Source: Eremomyces bilateralis CBS 781.70 (Eukaryota). From it: a DNA stretch of 64,000 nt. Within the stretch, counting starts at the first letter, position 1, and every line of letters begins with the position of its first letter. The stretch lies in assembly GCA_010015585.1 (NCBI GenBank), contig ML975192.1. One strand, written 5' to 3'. Below are positions 19,806 through 31,490 of the stretch, one piece after another. The notes under the pieces are model-generated. The model saw only the letters and a program-made list of their open reading frames with translations, was not told the DNA's origin and did not search any database. The translations under genes were made by a program, and so were the position numbers.

Positions 19806-21579
19806 TTAAGCCGTGGTTTTCCCTTTCTTTATAGGCTTGGTGACTACATCATATCAGCATATGCGACGGATATGCTAAAAATATACCTACCACGACTAGA
19901 TTTGCGAGCTGCAGCAACTTTGGACTTATCCGTGTCAGGTACTGCATCAAGTCAGCATATGCCGAGTATATTTAATGATAGACATTACTGCCTTTGCTTG
20001 AAACACGTGGGCGTTTTGAAGCGCTGCCATCAGGAGGACTAGGGGATTCTGTGGGATCAACATATGCTGTGCATGTGCGCGAATAGACAACATACTTGAC
20101 TTGTTGGATTTATCATTGTCGGAATTATAAGTAGCGGCAGACTTTATACGGTTAGTATATAATAAGCATATGCAATATATGACATACCTTGCGGCGTTTA
20201 CTGGGTGTCGACATCACCGGAACAGGCTGTACATCTCTTGTTAGCATATATAAAGCATGTGTATCTTCGTTCACCGATTAGCATTCGGGTACGGGCGGCC
20301 CTGAAGGATGGGAGGGAGGAATCAAGGCGGCAGGGCTGGACACATGCCTAGCATCAGCCTAAGAGGGCTGCTTTAGGGAGCCGTTCATCGCGTGCTCCGA
20401 AATCGTCGCAAGGGGTACATAGGTTAGATATATATTGCCCATATAGAGTGGACCTACAATCACTCGAGTCGTCTTCGAACTGGTAAGGATGCAAACTGGG
20501 TGCAGAGAGTACATATACCATGCATGTGCAATACTCACGTCCCGATGGAACTTAGTCCCATACTGTGCAGCAAACTCGGGGTTTGCCGCCCTAAAAAGTG
20601 TCAGCATAGTATATGCATGGTATATGGGAAGCGTACGCATATGCCTCTATTGTATCGCACATCTTATTCATCTTGTGAGAGCCGCGTCTATACATGATTA
20701 GCATATGCGTTGGATATGCATAGCAGATGCATACCCAGGTTCATGAACGTATCCAGCACGACGCCATCCTCCGGAGCGGATCCAGAGCTTCAAGGCGCTA
20801 TATATGCTCAGCAGATGCGATTTAAACGCATGCACAGGGAGTATGCTATACTTGTTTCCAGGGATAGACTCGCTATCATCGAGATTGGAGCGATCGTCGA
20901 CCGGGTCGACTAAATATTCTTAGTATATGCTCTAGAGATATTATATCAGCCATACTAGCTCCGGGATGCTTTTGTCGGATATGGCGACGTAGCTGTAGAT
21001 ATTTAGTACATGTGGAGGGTATGCTGGACATGTACTCACTGCAGGTTGCTGACCAAAGGTCTTTCCACACATATCATCACCGTCAACTACAACATCACAG
21101 CTATACATGCTCAGTGTATGTGTCACATATAATATTATGGCACTTACACGTAGGTGTTCAGCTTCGAGAGCTTTACTCGGGGGTTGTCTGGAATATCGGC
21201 TGCATATGCTAAGCATCACTACAGTATATGTCCAGGATATACGAACTCTCGTCTTGAAGCTCTGCAACTTTGACGGGTGTACCTAGCATTGTATTAGCAT
21301 ATGCCTCGAACATGCAAAGCATATAATTATTACTTACGTCCTTTCTTTCCTCCAACAGTTTCGCGCTGGGCTGTATATGGTTAGTACATATCATGCATGC
21401 CTTGCGAGTACACACAGTTTGGCATATAATCAGGATTGTTGTTGGGAATCGGTCCTGCATATGCTCAGTGTATGTTCACTGAGTTGGATATATGCGCTGC
21501 ATATACCATGAAAGTATCCCCATTGGTGGTGCGGGTTAGCTGCATTATCGATGCGTGCGCCTTCGTATGGTCGAGACAT
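19806..21579 (-). CDS. Transposon accessory gene: micro-exon C2H2 zinc-finger protein with basic C-terminus
   Basis: Manual splicing of the first 10 exons stays in frame: MSRPYEGARIDNAANPHHQWGYFHG...YVCDVVVDGDDMCGKTFGQQPALRRHIRQKHPG...LKLWIRSGGWRRAGY...; ends TKPIKKGKTTA*. Exons around 20250-20540 were not fully resolved. Confidence 0.7.
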
Positions 21580-22189
21580 CTATGCAGCATATGCTCAATA
21601 CATGCTCATATCATGTTTAGGGCGGGGAAGATGGCGCATATGCTTGTCACACGTGCCCAAGATGTTGAGTATGGGTTGGGTACATACCTTAAAGTGGTGA
21701 GATGTAAAAAAAGAAGAAGGATCTGGAAGGAAGAGCGACCATATGCACCAAATTCACATTGCGGTGTCCACTGTGGACGCGCAGCATATGTTGATATCAA
21801 AATTTTGAAAGATTTTATCAGGTGATTTGAGGCTTACGTAATTCACAGCAATCGAATTCAAAATTTACCAGTGAAATTACAGCGTATATAAATTACAAGC
21901 TAAAAGTTGAACGCAGGTAGAGAATTGCACCGCCACGGGCTATTTCTACCTGTGCTGAGATCGTACCTGTGACGAGGTTTTTCCGAACCTGCGCTGAACT
22001 GTAAGCCCAAATAGATAGCCGATCGCAGTGAGAGATATCTCTTCCTTTTCTCTTTAGCAATTCAACAGCGTTACCAGCTTACCAAATCCTTCGTGGTTTG
22101 GGCCCTCGACATCCTATACCGTTATTATCCGGTTACAATAGACTTTACATGGTTCGTATTCATTTATATAGATATACGACCTAAGACTA

Positions 22190-23809
22190 TTACATCCCTC
22201 GTCCCATTTTTCTCGCTCTTTGATCCCGTCTATTGTGGTTTGCCCTGTGCTGTCTTGCAGCCTGGGTATTTCTGTCACTAGAAGAGCCTCCTGTATTTCC
22301 ACGGCCATATCCTCTTCCGCGCCCTCTACCTCGAGCACTTGAAAACTCTTCACCATCATCTTCTTTATGGTACGCCGTTGAGGGCAATTGCTGCTGCTGC
22401 CCGCTGAATGCAAACTTCTGCTCCAGCTGTTGTCGCTTGCGATTGTCTCTCCCCAACATGATTGCCCAACCTTCGATCGCTTCATCAGTCCATCCCGTGT
22501 TGGTTTTGAGTGCCCGTCTTTCTCTACTTCTTCGTGTGTTTCCATCCCGCTGGAAGATGGCAGGGTTTGCTTGCCATGTCTTGAAGAGAGTTTCTTCATC
22601 TTTCTCCGACTCCATTCCTTCTGTGGTGTCCACTGTGCCACCAACATCTGCAACATCATAGGTATCATCTCGTTCATCTTCATCTGCATCAAATGTAGCA
22701 AGGGCTGAAAAGATGGCTTCTTTCTGCTCTGACCGGTCTTCATTGCTGGCAAGGAGATCATCGGCAGTTCGCTGTGAGCGTTCAAACTGTACTGCTGACG
22801 AGGATACAGCGAGGCGATCGAACTTGTCGTTGTCAAACACATTCCGTCGTATTGGAAGGTTTTTCGATTCGTCAGGGGGCTCCAACAAGGCCGCGGTGGC
22901 TCTCTCAACATCGCAATTATGTTCCTCCAGAATTATGGTCGCCACCGACTGGTCGAGGTCCGGAAACAAGTCTAGCAACTGTGCCAGTGAGTCGGTCGCA
23001 ACTCCCTTTCCTCTGCTTTCCGGCCGAATAATGAATTGATCTTGCAGCAGATCCCTTGCTCTTGATGCTTCGGGTATGTTGAGAAGGGGCTTCAACTCCT
23101 CGAGAAGTCGTGTTTGTGAGAATAGCTGGTTGAGCAATGGTTGATAACTGGCGATCGAACGAAAAATGTAGATTGTGTCGGCTAACAAGGAATACTTCGG
23201 CCTGTCAGGCTGGGCTAGGCTAAGGAATCCTTTGTAGAGCACAGTGATGACCTCCTGGTGGAAGACGGAAGCGAACATGGCATCCATGAAGTCGGTATCA
23301 GTTAGGACAAGTTCAGAAACCATTGGAATGAACATAAGCTGATTGAAACGCTTCAAATCGAACGTAGTCGCACTGATGACCTCGCTCTTTGCTCTCCGAA
23401 GGTTGGGTTCAAGGATATCTGACCGCTTTTGCAAGACCACGATCAACAAATCTTGCAGGTTTCGGCTCCTGGGAAAGACCAAAATGCTATTTGATAGGGA
23501 TGACCAGTCCAGTGCCCAGTCGGGGACTCCATGGGCGCTGAGAAGTCTATGAAGGAGCATGAACACTGCCTTATGCAGGGAGTCATCGTGAGGTAGCCGG
23601 ACATGTTGAAGGATCAGATCTCCGTTCTCCGACAAATATGTGGTCAGAAACTCCCGAAACCCGCCATGAGATGCAATGAATTCCTTCTCGGGAAGTTGGA
23701 GATATAAATCTACCAGAAGCTTCCATGTTTCGACAATGTTCGTCCATTCGGATGGGGCAAGTTCCTTTGGACCTCCAGAAAAATAGGGAGCGAGAGTGGG
23801 CAACCCCAT
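22190..23809 (-). CDS. CUE3: CUE-domain protein, Cue3/ASCC2 family
   Basis: CUE domain (QLLDLFPDL...DVERATAALLE), RRNVFDNDKFD, DEDERDDTYD, WTDEAIEGW, C-terminal NHNRRDQRARKM. Confidence 0.8.
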   Translation of the reverse strand: MGLPTLAPYFSGGPKELAPSEWTNIVETWKLLVDLYLQLPEKEFIASHGGFREFLTTYLSENGDLILQHVRLPHDDSLHKAVFMLLHRLLSAHGVPDWALDWSSLSNSILVFPRSRNLQDLLIVVLQKRSDILEPNLRRAKSEVISATTFDLKRFNQLMFIPMVSELVLTDTDFMDAMFASVFHQEVITVLYKGFLSLAQPDRPKYSLLADTIYIFRSIASYQPLLNQLFSQTRLLEELKPLLNIPEASRARDLLQDQFIIRPESRGKGVATDSLAQLLDLFPDLDQSVATIILEEHNCDVERATAALLEPPDESKNLPIRRNVFDNDKFDRLAVSSSAVQFERSQRTADDLLASNEDRSEQKEAIFSALATFDADEDERDDTYDVADVGGTVDTTEGMESEKDEETLFKTWQANPAIFQRDGNTRRSRERRALKTNTGWTDEAIEGWAIMLGRDNRKRQQLEQKFAFSGQQQQLPSTAYHKEDDGEEFSSARGRGRGRGYGRGNTGGSSSDRNTQAARQHRANHNRRDQRARKMGRGM

Positions 23810-24099
23810 GGATTCTTTAGAATCAGAGTTCAACTATCTTGAAATGACAAGTTAGAAAAATAGATCAATCTATCATTTCCATTTCAATCAATGTTTTGGA
23901 GAGATGTAAACTACAGGCGATGACTGTCGTTGTAACCCATCATGGGTTCTGACTCAGCCGGAATGCCAAGATTTCTAATCACGTGCAGCCCACAACTCTC
24001 CCATCTTCAAAATTCAACGCGCGAATTGACGGTATCAACAACAAGTCAACTACCTCCAATCATCACGTTACCTGACCGCGCGTCGTGATTGCTACCAGA

Positions 24100-24542
24100 A
24101 TGTCTTTCCAAAAGCCAGAGAAGGATTTCGGTGATGGACCGGTATGTTGATCGATGCGCAGCGGGTTTCGGAAACTGACTTGCAGCAGAAAATCCACAAG
24201 ATCCGCATCACTCTCACGAGCCGCAATGTCAAGGCCTTGGAGAAGGTCTGCACCGAGCTCATCGACCGCGCGAAGTCCAAGGATCTCCGTGTGAAGGGCC
24301 CGGTTCGCTTGCCCACCAAGATCTTGGCCGTCACCACCCGTAAGACTCCCAATGGTGAAGGTTCCAAGACCTGGGATCGTTTCGAGATGAGGATCCACAA
24401 GCGATTGATTGAGTAAGTCGGTCGATACTCTATCTAGGGTCATGCTGATTGTCCTAGTCTCAATGCGCCCACCGAAGTCGTCAAGCAGATCATCATCAAC
24501 ATCGAGGCTGGTGTCGAGGTCGAGGTCACGATTGCGGCTTAG
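24100..24542 (+). CDS. RPS20: 40S ribosomal protein S20 (uS10)
   Basis: [11 protein letters not shown]...KGPVRLPTK...[17 protein letters not shown]; introns 24142-24188 and 24413-24457. Confidence 0.97.
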
Positions 24543-25181
24543 AGGATGGCTGGACAATTGGAGTGGACAGAAGGTGGAACGCGGTAGCCAGACAAAGTTC
24601 AAATGCGAAGATGTGTTTGAAATCGCGACAGGCGTGATATGATGATGTCTTTGTGTAATCCGTATCCATATCTCGGCTCATACCCAGTAGACATGATCAG
24701 AGAGCAGTAAAATACTCGTATCCAAGCCTCGACTACCATGTTCGGCTACAATGTTTGATGATGTTCCACGTCCAGAAAGCTGCTTGAAGAGTAGTGATTG
24801 ACTTCGAGCAAATCCTGAAACATTTGGCGCTCGCGAGACAGGATTCGTAGCCCCAAATCATAGAATTCTCTCGGGAATATTACTGGTGGTGTCTTTGGCA
24901 TTTGTAGGCACACGAGCAGCATTCTCAAACAATGGTGATCGAATTTCTTGATTGTCATAAGCCAAATGTATCGTGTCTTTGGTTGTTCGGTGAGCATGGA
25001 CGACGTGGTTCTACATCACAAAATATTTTCACATCTACCATCCAAACTATTCAAAAATAACCGTATTGGGCCACTACTACGGGACCAACGAATCTTTGAT
25101 AAAATTTCGCTCCTATTAGTCTATGATGTCTGGTAACCCGACCTTTGTATAAATATCGGAACTCATCGATCAACATCCCCC

Positions 25182-27764
25182 ATGTCTCCCGAATCTATCC
25201 AGAATGGCGATTCCGCGTCCAAATCAATCGACCAACGCGGGATGAAGCGAAAAAGGTTGCAATCCCAAGAGCATGGATCTGGCGAGAGTTCTACAGTGAA
25301 CGGGGAATTGAGAAAAGAGCCATCAACAGAACCTTCACCAAGAGACGATCAGGATGATTATCCTGTCGGAAATTTTTCTCCCGATACCAAACTCCGATTG
25401 GGCAAATCGATATCAATACGAGACCTCGAGAATCGTCCACATGGAGGCGTACAAGCAAGCCAAGATACGAGTACGAATGGAAGGCTCCGGCAACTCCGAT
25501 CTCAAGCTACCATTCTACGAAAGTTTCGCCAACAACTACCGATATGGCCATCGTCATCCACGATTCGCTCTTTCCTACAATCGGATAGACCTCAAGTTTT
25601 GATATTGACAGGTGAAACGGGTTCCGGAAAGAGTACCCAAGTCCCTCAGTTCCTCCTCAGCGAACGATGGTGTCGAAATGGATGTATCGCGGTGACGGAG
25701 CCACGTCGAGTTGCTGCCATTGGATTGGCGAAAAGAGTCGGTTCCGAGATGGGTGTCCGGCTTGGTAAAGAGGCAAAAGGTCTTGGGAAAAGACAGGAAG
25801 ACTCTGTCGGATGGTCCGTTCGGCTCGACAATAATGTGAGCAGGGCAAGAGGTGTCCGAACTCGGATCAAGTATCTGACAGAAGGAATGTTGCTAAGAGA
25901 GTTACTGAGAGATCCATATCTCGAGTCCTATGCAGCGGTGATTGTCGATGAGGTCCATGAACGCAGCATTGGAGTTGATCTTCTGCTTGGATTTCTTCGA
26001 TTACTTCTATTTGGCGAAGGAGACGGGCCGAAACGAAAGAATCCTCTAAAGCTCGTGGTCATGAGCGCAACCACGAATGTCGAAAGCCTCAAAGAATTTT
26101 TTAGTGAGGGGTGCCCAGACAGGAAGGCCTTGGTGGAACAAATCTCCACTGAAGAAGCAGAAGGGGAGTGGGAGGGGTTCTCAGACGCTGAAAGTGAAGC
26201 TTTTGCGTCGAAGAAACCGGATGCTCCGAAAAAGGCCCATGTGGCACATCCTCAAGACAATAAACTGGCCAAGGCCCAGGTCGGGCCGGTATCATCCTAC
26301 CATGTGGAAGGTCGTCAGTATCCAGTGAAGATTGTATACTTGAATGAACCCACTCAAGATTTTGTCGAAAGTGCTCTGAGTCAAATCTTTGAGATTCATC
26401 GAAAAGAGCCACTTCCTGGCGATATTCTTGTGTTTCTGACAGGACAGGATACGATCGAGTCACTGGAGCGGTTGATCAATCAATGTGCACAAGAATTGGA
26501 CAGAAAGCTACCCAGGGTGCGTGAATCGGACTATATTCGACCGCTGCTAACTATCTCAGGTCCTTACTCTGCCACTGTTTGCCGCTCTACCTCAAGCGGC
26601 GCAACAACGAGTTTTTGAGAGGCCCCCTTCATTCACACGCAAAGTGATCCTTTCCACGAATCTTGCGGAAACGTCGATTACGGTACCCGGGGTACGATAT
26701 GTTGTGGATAGTGGCAAGGTGAAGGTCAAGCAATACCGAAGTCGATTGGGGCTGGATTCGTTATTGGTGAAGCCCATCTCACGATCCTCCTCCATTCAAC
26801 GACAAGGACGAGCTGGAAGAGAAGCTCCCGGTATCTGCTACCGGTTGTACACGGAACCGGACTTCCTCCAAATGGAGAACGAAACCATGCCGGAAATCCT
26901 GCGAAGTGATCTTAGTGGCTCCGTCCTGAGCATGAAAGCTTGTGGGATTTCCGATGTTGCCGAATTCCCTCTGCTCAGTCCCCCTCCTAGGGATGCACTA
27001 GAGAAAGCTTTGATTCATCTTTTGCAATTGGGGGCACTGAATGACTCTGGAGACATCACAGAGGTTGGCAAGCAAATGTCGAAAATGCCTCTGTCTCCCA
27101 ACCTTGCTCGAATCATCATCGAAGCCAGTCAACCTGAATTGGATTGCCTCGAAGATGTTATTGATATCATTGCTTGTCTTAGCGTTGAGAACATCTTCAT
27201 CAACGTCGTGTCCGATGAAAAGCGTGAGCAAGCGCATGAAGCAAGACAGAATCTATATCGACGAGAAGGAGATCACCTCACGATGCTCGCAACGGTTCAA
27301 GCGTATCTGTCTGAGCATTCAAACCGAAAAGCATGGGCGGAGAAATATTTCGTATCTCATCGGGCCATGCAAAGTGTCATGGTGAGTTGTTTACCGCACT
27401 CCCAAGGGTTTTCTAACGGTTCTAGGACATTCGGAAACAACTCCTCGCTCAATGCGTGCAAATGGGGTTGTCTTCAAACTCCTCCTTTCAAAATTCCGAG
27501 CCCGAAAAGCGGACGGTGACCATCCTACGATGTTTGTTGAAGGGATTCATGGGAAACATCGCCCGATTGATGCCTGATGGAAGTTATCGAACCATTCTAG
27601 GCAATCAGACCGTGGCCATACACCCATCAAGTGTCTTGTTCAGCAAAAAGGTGGAGGCCATCATGTTCAGCGAGTTCGTCTTCACCAACAAGAGTTACGC
27701 ACGAGGTGTGAGTTCCATACAAATGGACTGGATTGGAGAGTTACTTGCAGGTAGCGGAATCTAA
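25182..27764 (+). CDS. DHR2: DEAH-box RNA helicase, Dhr2/DHX33-like
   Basis: [27 protein letters not shown]2/OB regions; introns 26517-26559 and 27382-27425. Confidence 0.8.
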
Positions 27765-27769
27765 AGAGT

Positions 27770-29731
27770 TCATCTCCTTTTACCAATTCCTGTGCCTTTA
27801 TCCGCTAGACTGACAACTTCTCCAATGCCTGCTTCGGTTTGTTCATCCTCCAGGACACGGATCTCCTCACGACAATCCCACCATTTCTCTTCCGCTAGAC
27901 TGAAGGCGTCTTTTCTAACTTGCTTGACGGACTTGTTTTCAATTCCAGAACCATCTCCCGCCTCTTGGAGCAATACTCCTTGCCATTCCACCGAAGTCCG
28001 ATTATAGAAATCTCGAAGAGATTCAAATGGACGTGGATGAGGAAGAGTGTCGTTGAGAGAAGATTGCTGTTCATCAGTAGCCTCTTCATCCGCTTCCTCT
28101 TTGGCCGGTTCTGTTTCCACCTTAGACTCTTCAGCCGCAGCAGGACTCTCCGTATCATCTTCGTCCTCGCTCTCATCGTATTCATCCTCCTCTTCTTCAC
28201 TCTCTTCCGCATCGCTTCCTTCCCAATCTTCAAGCTCCCTCTTAAAGACCTGCTTCATTCCATCCAACTTCCCGAGATCCACAGCCCAAAGCTCATCAAA
28301 TGTATATTCACGATCGCCCTTCTCGTAAGTTCCACCAAAGATGTACAACACATCATCTTGCACGGCCAACTGAGCGTTGAATCGACCATGAGGCATTTCG
28401 TATATCACTGTATGCTCCACCTTCACCTCCTGCTCTGATTCATCGACCTTTGACTCGATTTGATCAGCTCTAGATATCTTGCCACTCGTTTCCAAGGCAG
28501 CGAGGTTCCGTAACAATTCGTCTTCATCTGCCTTTCCTCTCTGCCGTCTAGACCGATCTTGCGGTTTCTTTCCGGTAGATCTGGGACGGCGGAGTGCAAG
28601 CGGGAAATATCGATTCCGATCAATATTCCATGCAAATAGGGTATTGAAAAATTCACTGTCCATTCCCTCTTCGCTTTCCTCCACATCGAACACGCCACCA
28701 AACTGAACTCCTCTTCCTTTGTGGTATGCCATAGTAGCACCAGCTCTAGGTGGATTCGGTGCATTTGCTGGTCTCTTGCGTCGTTCCCATCTCACCCCTG
28801 GCGGTGTCTGGGCAGACTCGCTCCCTGGAGGAACAATACGAAGAAACCATGTGTCTTGATGAACCATTGGTTTCAAGATGACACGAGAAGAGTTCCCACC
28901 CTTGCCTTGTTTACCAGACACGGATGCCTTCACCCGGGAGTATCCTCCGTACAGCGCAGCGCCACCGTCATGGGGAAGAAGTGAGAAAGAGGATCGAGCA
29001 TCGGGTTTGCCAGAAGAAGGGGGCAGAGTTGGGGTGTACCATGTGAATGTCTGGCAATCATACACCCACAAATCTTGAAGATACTTTGTCGTTTGGGATG
29101 TATCTTGAAAGCCACCAAACAGCAAAATGTATTGCTTGAAGTAAGTCATTCGATGACCACTTCGTGCGGGAGGTCCTTTTCCCTTACTCTCCAACTTCGT
29201 CCACTCTCTTGTTGTGGGATCCAGGTGCCAGAAGTCGTTGTAATGGTAGAAAGTTCCTTGCTTGGGCGATGAAAACTCTCCACCAAACAGATAAATTCCG
29301 CCAGCATTGCCTCCCCGACACCAAGCATGGCCGCTACGAGGTAGCGGAGAATTGGGACTGGTCACAATACTCCATTTGTCCTGCTTGATGTTGTAGATGT
29401 AAAGGTCGTTGTAGAACTTGGCCAAAGCACCATTGAAGTACTCCCCTCCGTAGAGAAATAGTTCATTGGAGTTCGATGGTGACCCTATGATCGTAGCGGA
29501 AGATCTTGGTGGAGGGGGATCACAAACTGATTCCGTAATTTTGAGGAATTGTTCTTGCTGATTTGCATATTCGGCAAGGACAGCGTCGAGATCAACATCT
29601 TCTACATCGCTATCTTGATCCTTTCCCTTTGATTTTGCCTTCTTCTGCTTTTGAGAGGCCTTCTTTTCCTGCTTTTGCGCCACTCGAACTTTCTTCTCGG
29701 CTGTTTTGGACTTTTTGTCTTTTTTGCCCAT
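27770..29731 (-). CDS. KEL3: Kelch-repeat protein, Kel3/KLHDC4 family
   Basis: Lys-rich N-terminus, kelch repeats (PLPRSGH, LFGGEFSSPKQ), acidic tail and PHPRPFESLRDFY C-terminal domain. Confidence 0.85.
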   Translation of the reverse strand: MGKKDKKSKTAEKKVRVAQKQEKKASQKQKKAKSKGKDQDSDVEDVDLDAVLAEYANQQEQFLKITESVCDPPPPRSSATIIGSPSNSNELFLYGGEYFNGALAKFYNDLYIYNIKQDKWSIVTSPNSPLPRSGHAWCRGGNAGGIYLFGGEFSSPKQGTFYHYNDFWHLDPTTREWTKLESKGKGPPARSGHRMTYFKQYILLFGGFQDTSQTTKYLQDLWVYDCQTFTWYTPTLPPSSGKPDARSSFSLLPHDGGAALYGGYSRVKASVSGKQGKGGNSSRVILKPMVHQDTWFLRIVPPGSESAQTPPGVRWERRKRPANAPNPPRAGATMAYHKGRGVQFGGVFDVEESEEGMDSEFFNTLFAWNIDRNRYFPLALRRPRSTGKKPQDRSRRQRGKADEDELLRNLAALETSGKISRADQIESKVDESEQEVKVEHTVIYEMPHGRFNAQLAVQDDVLYIFGGTYEKGDREYTFDELWAVDLGKLDGMKQVFKRELEDWEGSDAEESEEEEDEYDESEDEDDTESPAAAEESKVETEPAKEEADEEATDEQQSSLNDTLPHPRPFESLRDFYNRTSVEWQGVLLQEAGDGSGIENKSVKQVRKDAFSLAEEKWWDCREEIRVLEDEQTEAGIGEVVSLADKGTGIGKRR

Positions 29732-30319
29732 TTTCAATTGGGCTTCGGCAGCGATGGGGACGTACCAGCGGTCGAATTGAATGCTAAACAGTCAGAGCGC
29801 CGGTATATAGAGTGCCTATCTGGTGCAAAAGCCGATAGCCTGACTTCGAAATGAGTTGGATATAATTTGTGTACGGGGGAATAGAGGGGGTTGATGATAG
29901 TTAACTACGTACCATGAAGCGATGATCTGTAGAGTACCATAGTGTGGACTTGCAAATGAATTCCCCACAGATCATGGGTCTAGCAGCACATGTGCCTCTA
30001 TCCATATGTAATACATAACATGAATCGTCGTCCTGGACGAGCAATTAACAGCTCCTAGCTTAGGACAATACCACAGCAGATTAGATAGTAGCTGCGGTCC
30101 GCTTACGTGCCGGAAGCTCTATGATTTGGGGTAAATTGGGGGCAGAATGATATTTGATGCCAGGATGGGTAGACTTCTAGACCCTCCATGACGTTGTTCC
30201 CACGCTTCGCATCATTCAAAAACTATCAAGCGACCACCGTGGCTGACTTCGAAGCTTTCTACCATTTACGTTTCCCCAAGAATACCTTCTAACACAAGCG
30301 GAACATTCATTCGCGACCG

Positions 30320-31405
30320 ATGAGCGAAATGGCCCCCCCGACGAGCAAGGAGCTAGTGTCCAGGGTGTACAAGATGATCCCGCCGATGCTGGGAACTTTT
30401 CACAAAGGTACGATTTCCCTCTGACGAGTCGATTGTTCGTCCTAATGCTATAACAGGTCAACTTGGGCGTGTTGCTGTCATTGGGGGCAGCGAAGACTAT
30501 ACTGGCGCTCCATATTTCTCCGCCATGGCTTCAGCAAGGCTTGGATGCGATATGGCACGTCATGAAAGACAGGCACCGAGATCATAGCATTAAAACTGAC
30601 GCCTTCATAGAGCCATGTTATTTGCGAGATTGGCGCCGGACAAGTCATTAAAACCTACTCACCAAACCTCATGGTGCACCCATACTTACGATCGACCAAG
30701 TCGGCGTCCTCGTCAGACACCGCATCATCCCTAGCCCAAAGCGTTATCGCAATGCTGTCAAGGCTCCACGTTCTGGTCATTGGACCTGGGTTAGGAAGAG
30801 ACAAGTTGATGCAAGATACGGTCGCTGAAGTTCTCAAGGAGGCTCGGAAACAGAATATCCCCGTCGTGTTGGATGCTGATGGGTTGATACTAGCACAAGA
30901 ACGACCGGAGTTGGTCAAAGGCTTCGAACTTTGCATTCTCACACCGAACGTAGTCGAATTTGGTCGTCTCGCAAAGAGCGTCAATCTGGATATGAATGAA
31001 GGTGAGCCTGCAACAAGATGTGCTCGGTTGGCCAAGGCGTTTGGCGGGGTCACGATTATCCAGAAAGGGCAATCCGACAATATTTCCAACGGAGACCACA
31101 CGGCGATATCGGATGGAGAGGGTGGATTGAAACGAAGTGGCGGACAGGGCGATACTCTGACCGGAACTCTTGGAACCCTCCTTGCCTATAGGAAAGCCTA
31201 CCATGATCGCATTTGGCAACATGAAAATGATCTGCCAGAAAAAGAAACACTGGCATTAGCGGCATGGGCCGGGAGTGCAATCACACGCGAATGCTCGAGA
31301 TTGGCATTCAAAGAGAAAGGACGAAGTCTACAGGCGGGAGACTTGACAGATAAGGTCACAGAAGCCTTCCAGAACATCATTGGAGAGAAAGGGTCACGAC
31401 TCTGA
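30320..31405 (+). CDS. ATP-dependent NAD(P)HX dehydratase (YjeF C-terminal family)
   Basis: [57 protein letters not shown]; introns 30408-30457 and 30555-30610. Confidence 0.92.
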
Positions 31406-31490
31406 CGAATGGAAAACCCTGGAACACGGCTGGACATGGAATATCAGTTTAACATTCAAGTGTGGTATACTTCGCGGATCAATCGAACCG

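Larger units (their letters stand above)
15686..22008. mobile_element. Mutator-like (MULE) DNA transposon, 6.3 kb, with two convergent genes
   Basis: ~115-bp TIRs at 15686-15800 and 21894-22008 (GGGCT..CAGTTCA..CAGGTTCGGAAAAACCTCGTC...); internal DDE transposase; no TSD. Confidence 0.85.

Noticed and set aside
1..22008. Starship element
   Set aside because: No DUF3435 tyrosine recombinase captain is visible in the window; one could lie upstream of base 1.
30188..30323. Upstream ATG as a mitochondrial presequence for the NAD(P)HX dehydratase
   Set aside because: It is out of frame and stops at a TGA overlapping the main ATG; at most a uORF.
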